Origin: an uncultured Fibrobacteraceae bacterium
GTDB lineage: Bacteria; Krumholzibacteriota; Krumholzibacteriia; LZORAL124-64-63
NCBI GenBank assembly: GCA_964476155.1
Contig: CAYYYS010000012.1
Coordinates: 6,475-70,474 of the forward strand
Length of the DNA: 64,000 bases
Direction: 5' to 3'
Part shown: positions 1-7,789 of the stretch, one piece after another
Layout: each line of letters begins with the position of its first letter
Numbering within the stretch: position 1 is the first letter of the stretch
Notes under the pieces: generated by a model
Told to the model about the DNA's origin: nothing
The model's input: only the letters and a program-made list of their open reading frames with translations
Database searches by the model: none
Position numbers and translations under genes: made by a program

Positions 1-3000
1 TAGAGATACATGCCCGACGGCATGGCGTCGCCGTTGTCGTTGCGACCGCTCCAGATCACGGTGTGGGTGCCGGGAGCGTATTCGCGGTTGGCAAGCATCG
101 CCACGAGCTGGCCCTTCAGGTCGTAGACACCGAGGCGCACGTGGCCGTCACGGCCGGTCGTGAACTCGATGGTGGTCTGCGGATTGAAAGGGTTTGGCAT
201 GTTCTGGGCCAGAAGAGGCGCACCCGGCACGCCGTCGGCGACCGGGGTCAGGCCGCTGAGATCAACAACCAGGGCCGCTTCGGCATTGACGTAGAAGTCG
301 GCCTGATCCTCGCCCCAGACCATCGCGAAGTCCATCGTCAGCGAATCGCCGACGGCGATGGTGAACGGGCCGGTCGAAGCCGTGACCGACCAGTCGTCGC
401 CGGTCAGGCCGGTGGGCGTATTGATCTGCCCCGAGAGTGATTGCCATTTGACTCGGTCGGTGACAAAGCCGTTCGGGTAGACATCCGTGGGATTGTTGAT
501 GCAGTGGAGGTTGGCCACGGGGCCGTCACCCAGCACGGTGATGCCGTAGTGCGGAGTTCCGGCATTGGTGAACATGACACTCGACCGTCTGGCCGGCAGC
601 GTCGTGGACGAGTTGGCGCCGGCGTCGTCGATGTCGAAGTCGCAGAAGATGCCGCCGTAGTAATCGACGATATCGACCGCACTGTTGTTCCGCACCGTGT
701 AGCGCATGACGACGAAGTCGTCGTTGGGCGCGTCGGTAAAGGCGAAACTTTCCTGGGTCACCACGACATCCAGGGGCGTGAGGTTGCCGCTGTCGTCGAA
801 GATGGCCTGGAAATCCTGGTCGGAAACATCGTTTCCGGCATCCATGACGCGTCCGTTGGGCGTGGTCGTCACGACCCACTCGTAGGGATTGGTCTCTGCG
901 TAGTCGTGGTTGCACAGCGTACCCCGACTGTTGCCACCCCAGAAGGAGCCGATGTACAACCCGTTCTGGCCGGCGGGTCCAAAGCCGTCGCCTTCGGACT
1001 GGTCGGAGCTCATGAAGCCCAACGAGCCCATGTCCGTGACCGTCAGCAGGACGTTGTTCGCGTCATGGGTCTTCCACTCGGGCAAGCCCACGAAATACTC
1101 CACGTCGAAGATCTTTTCGTAGCCGTTCTGGGCGGTAACCGTCAGCAGCATGGTGAAGGCTTCGCCCTGCGCGGCGCCCCCGTCGGCGGTCAGGCTGAAG
1201 ACATCGCCGGTGTTGTCGGCAGTGCCGCCACCCTGGACGATGGTGCCGTAGGCCGCTGCCCCGTCAGTAACCGTCACCGGGTCGCCGGCTTCCACGGCCA
1301 AGGCGCCCGCGACGCTCGTGCCGTCGGTGTTGGGGCTGTTGTTGACCAGCGTGAAGACGATGTCGAAATCCTCGCCCGGATCGATAACGCCGTCGGCGTT
1401 GTTGTCGAGGATCTCATAGCTCAGCCAGGACAGGTGGGGGGTCGTCGGCAACGGCACGGCGATGACCGCGGCGTTACAGTCGATGCGGCCCGAACCATAT
1501 TGGTTGTCTTTGCCGGCGGCACCCAAAGGCAACGCGGTCTGTTCCATGATCGAGTCCATGCCCGCGGGCGACAGGCTCGGATTCTTCGACAGCATCAACG
1601 CGGCGAGACCCGCAGCGTGCGGACACGACATCGAGGTGCCGCTCCAGGAGTTGCCGGAGTAGCCGTTGGGAATGGTCAGGGAGTTGACGTTCACGCCGGG
1701 CGCGCACACGTCGGGCTTGATCAGGCCGTCGCCCGGGTTGTAGGGCCAGTCATACCACGGCGCCACGTTGCCCCAGTGCACGGGGCCGGTCGAGGACGAG
1801 CCGTAGGGGCCGTCGCTATAGTAACCCGTGCCGCCCACGGCGACCACGCCGCCGGTCGACGTGTAGGGCGTCCCGGCCAGGGGATTCCAGGGCGCGGGAC
1901 AACGCGCGGTCAACCCCAGTTCGATGGGCGGGTTGTAGGCGTAGTGGTCGTTGCCCGCGGAGTTGAAGAGCAGGATGCCCGCCACGCGCAGCACGTTCGT
2001 GTTCACGCGCTCGGCCCTCATGTACGAAGCCGGCAGGTCGCCGGGCACGCCCAGCGACATGGTGATCACGCGTGCGCCGTTGATCAGCAGATAGTCGTAG
2101 CCTTCCCAGATCATGCCCAGGGTGCCGCTGCCGCTGCTGTCCTGCGACTTGATGGCCATGATCTTGGCGTCGGGCGCGACACCGGTCACGGTACCGTTGG
2201 TGCCGTCGCCGGCGACGGTGCCCGCGGTGTGGGTGCCGTGGCCCGGACTGGCGGAATCGTCGTTGGGATCGCCGTCATCGTCGCCCACGTCGTAGCCGTG
2301 GATGTCGTCGACGTAGCCGTTGCCGTCGTCGTCGATGGCGTTGCCGGCGATCTCACCAGTGTTGGTCCACAGGTTGTTGGCGATGTCGGGATGGGTCAGC
2401 CAGACACCAGAGTCGATATGGCCCACGACAATGTCGGTGCCCGTGTAACCCAGGTCCCAGGTATGGTCGGCGTCGATCCACTCGATGCTCCAGGCGTTGC
2501 CCTTCTCGGTGGCATCGGCGGCCGCGTCTTCGGGCGGCTTACTGACGCAACTGCCGAGAGTCAGGGCCGTCGGATCGAAGCTCTTGTCGTGATGCAGGAC
2601 ACCGGACACGGCCTTGTCGGCCGCCAGCGCCTCGAGAGCCGCCGCGTCGGCGCGGAAGTTCACGGCGTTGGCCACCAGCAGGGTACGAACCTGCTCGATG
2701 CGGCCCAGGCCCTTCGCGGCCTCGAGACCGGCGAGCGTGCCGGCATGGACGCGATCAAACTGGTGGCGCAGAACGTCGACGACGGCCGCGCGGCGCTCCT
2801 GATGCGTGGCGCCGGCCAGGTCGGCGTCCAGGGCCGCCATGTCGGGGCGATCATCAAGCAACAACAGGACCCGGACAGTCTCACCGGCAGCCTTGCCGGC
2901 CAGGATGTCCTGGAGGTCGGGGGCGATTTCCGCGGCGGGCGCGACGGCGGTCACCGTCAAAGCCAGCAACAGGAACAGGGGCGTGATTAGCCTACGCAAC

Positions 3001-3002
3001 AT
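1..3002 (-). CDS. Secreted subtilisin-like serine protease (peptidase S8) with propeptide and C-terminal T9SS/FlgD-Ig-like sorting domain. It is partial: the 3' end runs off the window start.
   Basis: Minus-strand frame is open from ATG at 3002 (RBS AAGGAG 8 nt upstream) to the window edge, so it is absent from the ORF track. Signal peptide MLRRLITPLFLLLALTVTAVAPA. Catalytic motifs HIDSGV and GHGTHTAGTVAG. C-terminus ...FNPQTTIEFTTGRDGHVRLGVYDLKGQLVAML... matches the CTD seen on other genes here. Confidence 0.85.
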   Translation of the reverse strand, partial: MLRRLITPLFLLLALTVTAVAPAAEIAPDLQDILAGKAAGETVRVLLLLDDRPDMAALDADLAGATHQERRAAVVDVLRHQFDRVHAGTLAGLEAAKGLGRIEQVRTLLVANAVNFRADAAALEALAADKAVSGVLHHDKSFDPTALTLGSCVSKPPEDAAADATEKGNAWSIEWIDADHTWDLGYTGTDIVVGHIDSGVWLTHPDIANNLWTNTGEIAGNAIDDDGNGYVDDIHGYDVGDDDGDPNDDSASPGHGTHTAGTVAGDGTNGTVTGVAPDAKIMAIKSQDSSGSGTLGMIWEGYDYLLINGARVITMSLGVPGDLPASYMRAERVNTNVLRVAGILLFNSAGNDHYAYNPPIELGLTARCPAPWNPLAGTPYTSTGGVVAVGGTGYYSDGPYGSSSTGPVHWGNVAPWYDWPYNPGDGLIKPDVCAPGVNVNSLTIPNGYSGNSWSGTSMSCPHAAGLAALMLSKNPSLSPAGMDSIMEQTALPLGAAGKDNQYGSGRIDCNAAVIAVPLPTTPHLSWLSYEILDNNADGVIDPGEDFDIVFTLVNNSPNTDGTSVAGALAVEAGDPVTVTDGAAAYGTIVQGGGTADNTGDVFSLTADGGAAQGEAFTMLLTVTAQNGYEKIFDVEYFVGLPEWKTHDANNVLLTVTDMGSLGFMSSDQSEGDGFGPAGQNGLYIGSFWGGNSRGTLCNHDYAETNPYEWVVTTTPNGRVMDAGNDVSDQDFQAIFDDSGNLTPLDVVVTQESFAFTDAPNDDFVVMRYTVRNNSAVDIVDYYGGIFCDFDIDDAGANSSTTLPARRSSVMFTNAGTPHYGITVLGDGPVANLHCINNPTDVYPNGFVTDRVKWQSLSGQINTPTGLTGDDWSVTASTGPFTIAVGDSLTMDFAMVWGEDQADFYVNAEAALVVDLSGLTPVADGVPGAPLLAQNMPNPFNPQTTIEFTTGRDGHVRLGVYDLKGQLVAMLANREYAPGTHTVIWSGRNDNGDAMPSGMYL

Positions 3003-3356
3003 GGCGGCTTCTCCTTAAGTCAGGGGCAGGGTCCGTACGCGAGACGCACGGATCCTAGTGCAGGCATCTGGATGGCGGGGCGGGATGGAGTCTGTCTATC
3101 TCCCTCTCAGACGCATTTCTCCCAAATTTCTCGTATAGGATAGCAAATTTGAGGGGGGAATACAACGGGGGCGCTCTTCGGGGGCGCTCTTCGAAACGAT
3201 TCAGGAAGGTGCGGGCGGCGGCGTTATCACATCACTCGGCCGCCAAGGAGACACGCAGAATGTGTTCTGTGAACATGCGTGAGATCTTTCCCACCTGTTG
3301 CCATCAAAACGTCCAAATAAGCAAAAGTCTACACGCGTACGCTTTGAAATCGAATA

Positions 3357-3615
3357 TCACCCGTCAGCCAGGCGAGCCGCTTCCACAAACCTGCCCAGCT
3401 TCTCGATGTCCAGTGCTCCATTCGTACGAACGCCGGAGTCGAGCAGCAGGGCGTCGGCGGTCTCGGCTGCGCGCACAGCTTCGTTGATCGAATCGTCGTC
3501 GCGGACATGAACAACCTGCACCAACGAAACGCCGGGCATCGGCGCCCAGGCGCACGGCCCGGCCGGCTTCCTCGACCGAGGCAATGCAGCAGATCTTGAC
3601 GCGGGTCATGTTCAT
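3357..3615 (-). pseudogene. trpF: Degenerate phosphoribosylanthranilate isomerase (TrpF) remnant with a frameshift and internal deletions
   Basis: N-terminal frame MNMTRVKICCIASVEEAGRAVRLGADA (TrpF N-terminus). It then shifts frame to ...SLVQVVHVRDDDSINEAVRAAETADALLLDSGVRTNGALDIEKLG...*. Total is under 100 aa versus about 210 aa for intact TrpF. Confidence 0.45.
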
Positions 3616-3675
3616 ACTCCGAGTTGTGTGAGCAGGCCCGTCCCGTCCCACTCACCCCGGCGCTCGACGCTCCGA

Positions 3676-4221
3676 TCAGGCCTCGGCCTCAGCCGGATAA
3701 AGCGCGTCGTTCTTGAACGGTATGAGCGCCATGATCACGCCGTGCTCATAAAGTCCCCGGCGATCGATCACGTTTCCGGTCAACAAACCGATGGCGCCGT
3801 CCTTCTGCTTGGAGTTCTCGCGGCCGAACGCGATGTCGTCGGCCGCGCCCAGTTCCAGGCCGCCGCGCACGAGGTTGGCCACGTCGTCGGGTAGGAAGAA
3901 CGAAGCGGTCTTGCCTTGGCCAAAGCCGCGTGTCGACAAGGCGACGATCCACGCGAAGGCCTCCATCCCGGCCGGCGAGTCCTCGATACCGCCCTCGATG
4001 CCGACCCAGTAGTCGGCGTCCGGCAGAGCCGCCTTCGCGGCCCGCGCCCGGTTGACGGCGCCCTTACGCGTCTCATCGCTGGTATCCGGCTGATCGGAAA
4101 CGCCCGACTCGACACTCACCGGTCGAATCTCAACATCCCGCTCGGGAAACATGCACCGAAAGGCCTGTTCGACAGCCAGGGCCTTGATGGGGTTATGCGA
4201 CGCCACCGCCACGCGTGTCAT
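3676..4221 (-). CDS. yjjX: Inosine/xanthosine triphosphatase (non-canonical purine NTP phosphatase, YjjX family)
   Basis: Internal Met of the 283-aa track ORF. The 182-aa product MTRVAVASHNPIKALAVEQAFRCMF...WVGIEGGIED...FGRENSKQKDGAIGLLTG matches YjjX. The upstream 100 aa of the track ORF is low-complexity extension. Confidence 0.8.
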   Translation of the reverse strand: MTRVAVASHNPIKALAVEQAFRCMFPERDVEIRPVSVESGVSDQPDTSDETRKGAVNRARAAKAALPDADYWVGIEGGIEDSPAGMEAFAWIVALSTRGFGQGKTASFFLPDDVANLVRGGLELGAADDIAFGRENSKQKDGAIGLLTGNVIDRRGLYEHGVIMALIPFKNDALYPAEAEA

Positions 4222-4372
4222 AGGTCTCTCTTTCGGTTCGTATCCAGGATCCGCGCAAGAGCAATGAAAACCGCGTCGCGAACCTCTTCGATACGCAACG
4301 CCTCCCGATATCCGAGAATCACCCGATCCCGATCCGCAAGGCGCGCCGGCTCCACCTGAAGCGCGTAGGCAT

Positions 4373-4636
4373 TCACGTGGCGATCCGATAGTCGACCACG
4401 CCGACACCGTGATCGGGCAGCGGTGCAAGATTCCCCGGACCGGATTGCGCATCGTGTACGAAATGCCCGCAACAACACTGGAGCGTGAAGCAGCACGGAC
4501 GGTCGTTGAAACGAGCGCCGAGGTCACGGATAGGCGCGTCGATCAGCGACGGTTCGAGCTCCGAGAGCTCATGGATGCGCGCCTCGGTAAACCGGGGATC
4601 GTCGACCAGGGGCTTGGCCGGTGCGAAGGTCTCCAT
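4373..4636 (-). CDS. Small Cys-rich hypothetical protein (Mss4-like/Gfa- or MsrB-like Cys cluster RPCCFTLQCCCGHFVHD)
   Basis: High GC3 on the minus strand. It overlaps other short ORFs (4543..4731 with a signal-peptide-like N-terminus in another frame), so the region may be frameshifted. Confidence 0.3.
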   Translation of the reverse strand: METFAPAKPLVDDPRFTEARIHELSELEPSLIDAPIRDLGARFNDRPCCFTLQCCCGHFVHDAQSGPGNLAPLPDHGVGVVDYRIAT

Positions 4637-4902
4637 GTGGTCCACTCTACACAATCAGCGTCTATCACGGCAAGGGCGGCTTGGGTCAGGATCACCATGG
4701 CGGCGATGGTCATCAGGGATAGTGTCTTCATCTGATAATCCTATTCTTCGACAGGACCGTGATCTGATCGGCTTAATCGCATTGTGATCATATCGCGAAC
4801 AGAATCCACATCCAGCCGAGCTTCAAGGGCCCGCCGGATGACTCCGGCGGGCCCCGCGTTGAGATGATTCATGGCGAATCACCCGCTCATGACGATGGAC
4901 CG

Positions 4903-5328
4903 TCAGGAGCCTTTCTTGCCGCAGCCGCTGTGGGCCTTTCCGTGGGACGAACAGCCCGCGGACTTCTTGGCGTGGGCGGAACAGCCCTTGCCGCCATCGG
5001 CCTTGACGCTGCATCCATCGGCCTTGTCGCCATGGGCACAGCAGCACTTGCCGTCCTCGGCATGCGGACAGTTCGCCATGTCTTCCTTGCTGCACGGCTT
5101 GCCCTTCTCGGCCTTGGCGCAGCAGCATTTGCAGGTCTTGCCGTCGGTGGACTTGCATATCTCCGCGCAGGTCTTTCCCTCGGCGTCACAACACTTGACG
5201 GCCGCGGCCTTACACGCCTCGGACTTGGCCTTGGCACGGCAGTCGTCCCCGGCCAGGGCCGAGAATCCGGTCATCAGGATCACGGCCGCCATGAATACGG
5301 CCATCAGGTTTCGCTTGGTCGTCGGCAT
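4903..5328 (-). CDS. Secreted Cys/Lys-rich metallothionein-like metal-binding protein
   Basis: RBS GAGGAG 6 nt before ATG at 5328. Signal peptide MPTTKRNLMAVFMAAVILMTGFSALA. The mature region has about 30 Cys in CKCCC / KCCC / GC repeats interspersed with Lys and His. Confidence 0.7.
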   Translation of the reverse strand: MPTTKRNLMAVFMAAVILMTGFSALAGDDCRAKAKSEACKAAAVKCCDAEGKTCAEICKSTDGKTCKCCCAKAEKGKPCSKEDMANCPHAEDGKCCCAHGDKADGCSVKADGGKGCSAHAKKSAGCSSHGKAHSGCGKKGS

Positions 5329-5377
5329 TGCCGACTCCTCTCGGTAATGGGTTGGTATTACACGATGAATCGAGGAG

Positions 5378-5806
5378 TCAGGCCGACTGCGGAGGGGGCA
5401 CCGGCGGCTTGAAGAGATTGACGGGAGCCGCCTGGTCGGGCGGCGGAATCAGCGGGTCGGCAAGTGCGAAGTCGAAGTCGAAACAGCCGGGGTTGACGAA
5501 GACGAGATGGTCACCCGCCGTGAGACACCGGCTGCAGGTGCGCGGAGAAGGGCAATCCCGTGATGGGCGCTCGCCGCAACCACCGGTCGATGTGCCACAG
5601 CAAACGTCCGGTGGCGTTGTCGCGCAGCTCGTGGCACAGGACTGCTCGCAGGCGTGAGGGGCGTGGCGCGCCTCGGCGGTCTGCCGACAGGCGTCGATGA
5701 TGATGTCCGGAACGGCGTCGGGCATCTCGAGCAGGGGGATACACACGGCCCAGACGGCCAAGGTCAGCTGGAAAATGCGTTTGGTGGTTTTCGTGATCCG
5801 TGTCAC
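5378..5806 (-). CDS. Cys-rich membrane-anchored hypothetical protein (first gene of the metallothionein-like operon)
   Basis: GTG start at 5806 downstream of an extended -10 element. N-terminal TM/signal anchor IFQLTLAVWAVCIPLL. Cys-rich segment CEQSCATSCATTPPDVCCGTSTGGCGE...CSRC. Same strand as, and 50 nt upstream of, 4903..5328. Confidence 0.5.
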   Translation of the reverse strand: MTRITKTTKRIFQLTLAVWAVCIPLLEMPDAVPDIIIDACRQTAEARHAPHACEQSCATSCATTPPDVCCGTSTGGCGERPSRDCPSPRTCSRCLTAGDHLVFVNPGCFDFDFALADPLIPPPDQAAPVNLFKPPVPPPQSA

Positions 5807-5850
5807 GCGATTCCCTGCGTTATATGAAGTCGCTCCCGGGTTGAGACATA

Positions 5851-5859
5851 ATTATAGCA
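5851..5859 (-). promoter_or_regulatory. Extended -10 promoter element TGcTATAAT (minus strand) for the 5806..4903 Cys-rich operon
   Basis: Minus-strand sequence ggtgTGcTATAATtatg lies about 45 nt upstream of the GTG at 5806, in an AT-rich intergenic stretch. Confidence 0.35.
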
Positions 5860-5929
5860 CACCACAGGTATATAGGTTCCCGAGAATCCAGGGCTCAGAT
5901 CGACACCTTCAACGCCGATTGAAACGCAA

Positions 5930-6160
5930 TTGAACCAGGCCCAGGACCAAGCGTGCAACATCATGACGTTGATCGGTCGGAAAAATCAACAGATCTCGGA
6001 CAATGTTCAGGGCAATCTCGGACTGGTTGCCATGCCCCTGATCGATCAGCTGCGGACGACCGCCACGGATGTCCAGATGGAAATCCTCGATGTCCTGGAG
6101 AACCGGATCAAACATGTGACCCGCAAACTGGGCCTCACGACCGGGTCCGGCCTGCTCTGA
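5930..6160 (+). CDS. Small hypothetical protein (76 aa)
   Basis: ORF with fairly high GC3 in a lower-GC intergenic region. No clear RBS. The overlapping antisense ORF 5909..6187 is equally possible. Confidence 0.25.
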   Translation: MNQAQDQACNIMTLIGRKNQQISDNVQGNLGLVAMPLIDQLRTTATDVQMEILDVLENRIKHVTRKLGLTTGSGLL

Positions 6161-6244
6161 ATGAGCCGACTCTGATAACCTGGACACGTTACTCGACAGT
6201 CTTATTTGACGCGTATATTACACCGTGTGAATCTCGGCCGCGAT

Positions 6245-6655
6245 CTACTCCACAACATATTCGTGCGAAATCTCCGCCGTCTTTTCCAGCATCCGCCCCA
6301 CCGAACAAAACGTCTCCGCCGACAGCTTGATCGCCCGCGCCAGCTTCTTCTCCGGCACTTCGCCGGTCACCAGGTACTTCAGTCGAATGGCCGTGAATAC
6401 CTTGGGGTGATTTTCCGCCCGCTCGAACTCGATCTCCACCCGCAAGGACTCGGCCGGACAGCGCATCTTCTCCAGGATCGCCACCACGTCCACGCAGGAA
6501 CACGCCGCCAGGGAATGCAGCACGGCTTCTATCGGAGTCGGCGCGGTGCCCTCTCCTCCCTGTTTGACGGGAATGTCGAATTTCGATTCCAGCCCCGTGG
6601 GCGTGATCCCGGTAAACCTGCGATTCCCATCCCAGGTCACCATATGTTTGCTCAT
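6245..6655 (-). CDS. osmC: OsmC/Ohr family peroxiredoxin-like protein
   Basis: RBS AAGGAG 7 nt before ATG at 6655. MSKHMVTWDGNRRFTGITPTG...GGEGTAPTPIEAVLHSLAACSCVDVV...AIRLKYLVTGEVPEKKL is typical of OsmC. Confidence 0.85.
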   Translation of the reverse strand: MSKHMVTWDGNRRFTGITPTGLESKFDIPVKQGGEGTAPTPIEAVLHSLAACSCVDVVAILEKMRCPAESLRVEIEFERAENHPKVFTAIRLKYLVTGEVPEKKLARAIKLSAETFCSVGRMLEKTAEISHEYVVE

Positions 6656-6665
6656 CGATGTCTCC

Positions 6666-7553
6666 TTATTTGTGCACGCGATCACGGATGCGACCCCGCA
6701 CGCGGGGCAGGTCCTCGTAATGATCCATCCGCCGCATCAGCGCGTTGATCTCGGCGCCCAGCAGGAAGATGAACCCCGACAGCCACAGCCAGACCATCAT
6801 GATGATGACCGCGGCGATCGATCCGTAGGTCACGTTGTAGGCGCTGAAGTTGCGCAAGAAGAGGCGGAACAGGGACGAGACGACGAACCAGCCGACCGTG
6901 GCGAAGACCGTTCCCGGCAGGATCCACACGTAGCGCTGTTTCGCTTCGGAGGCGAAGTGGTAGAGGATCGACACGGCGCCCAGGTTCAGCAGCAGGACCA
7001 GGGGCAGGCGCAGGGTCGTCCAGAAATTGTGGCTGTCGCCGGCAAGGCCGAGGAACTGGAAAAACTTGTGGGACAGACCCGGGCCGAGCAGCACCAGCAG
7101 GGTCGACAGGATAACGAAGCAGCTCAGCACCAGGGTCAACAGGATGGAGATCAGTTTCTGATAGGCGATGTTGCGCTTGGGATGAATATTGTAGACGCGG
7201 TTGATCGTTGTGATCAGCACGCCCACCCCCATCGACCCCGACCACAGCGCGGCCAGCAGACCGAACCCGAGAATGCTGCCCTCACGCTCGCTCAACACGG
7301 TGCGAACGGTACCCGAGACCAGGTCGAAGGCGGGCGGCGGCAGGGCTTCCTGCAGGCTGTTCAAGACCTGGTCGGGCTCGAGAATGGGCAGAAAGCTGAT
7401 CAGGCTCAGGATGAACAGCAGGAACGGGAAGATGGCGAGCATCACGAAGTACGCGATCTGCGCGGCCATGCCCATGCAGTCGTCGTAGCCGATCTCGCGT
7501 TGGAGGCGGCGCAGGAACAGGCCCGCCCTGGTTAGTCTTCTCTGGTAGTCCAT
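6666..7553 (-). CDS. yihY: YihY/BrkB (virulence factor BrkB) family inner-membrane protein
   Basis: 295 aa with multiple TM helices and the YihY signature region ...AAQIAYFVMLAIFPFLLFILSL...GSIAAVIIMMVWLWLSGFIFLLGAEINA. Same strand as the OsmC gene, 11 nt upstream. Confidence 0.85.
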   Translation of the reverse strand: MDYQRRLTRAGLFLRRLQREIGYDDCMGMAAQIAYFVMLAIFPFLLFILSLISFLPILEPDQVLNSLQEALPPPAFDLVSGTVRTVLSEREGSILGFGLLAALWSGSMGVGVLITTINRVYNIHPKRNIAYQKLISILLTLVLSCFVILSTLLVLLGPGLSHKFFQFLGLAGDSHNFWTTLRLPLVLLLNLGAVSILYHFASEAKQRYVWILPGTVFATVGWFVVSSLFRLFLRNFSAYNVTYGSIAAVIIMMVWLWLSGFIFLLGAEINALMRRMDHYEDLPRVRGRIRDRVHK

Positions 7554-7789
7554 GGTGGAATAGAATGAGGGGTTGTTGGGGAAAAATCAATGGTGGGCCG
7601 AGGTGAGGTGTGGGGGGCGCTCGCCGAGACGGTCGCTACGCCTCGGCAAGCGCCCCTCACACCACACCTCTCCGCATCGATAATTCCCAACAATCCCGTA
7701 TTCTATTCCGTATGGGTGGAGCTTGCCCAAGATCCACTTGCGTGGCAGAATGGCGCGACTGTTCCCTACGACCCTACCTGGAGGCTTTC

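Noticed and set aside
441-2990. 849-aa plus-strand ORF
   Set aside because: Antisense shadow of the minus-strand S8 protease gene. The translation is a low-complexity V/G/D/H/R-rich string with no motifs. The real gene is on the opposite strand with RBS, signal peptide and catalytic triad.
3167-3193. 13-bp tandem direct repeat GGGGCGCTCTTCG x2 upstream of the protease gene
   Set aside because: It is too short and isolated to call a functional repeat. It is probably a slippage duplication in the promoter region.
4543-4731. 62-aa ORF with signal-peptide-like N-terminus MKTLSLMTIAAMVILTQAALA overlapping the Cys-rich 93-aa ORF
   Set aside because: It reads through in a different frame into low-complexity sequence. 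This may indicate a frameshifted secreted Cys-rich protein, but it cannot be resolved from sequence alone, so it is not called as a separate gene.
5909-6187. 92-aa minus-strand ORF antisense to the 5930..6160 small ORF
   Set aside because: The two ORFs are mutually exclusive and neither has an RBS or homology. Only the plus ORF is listed, at low confidence.
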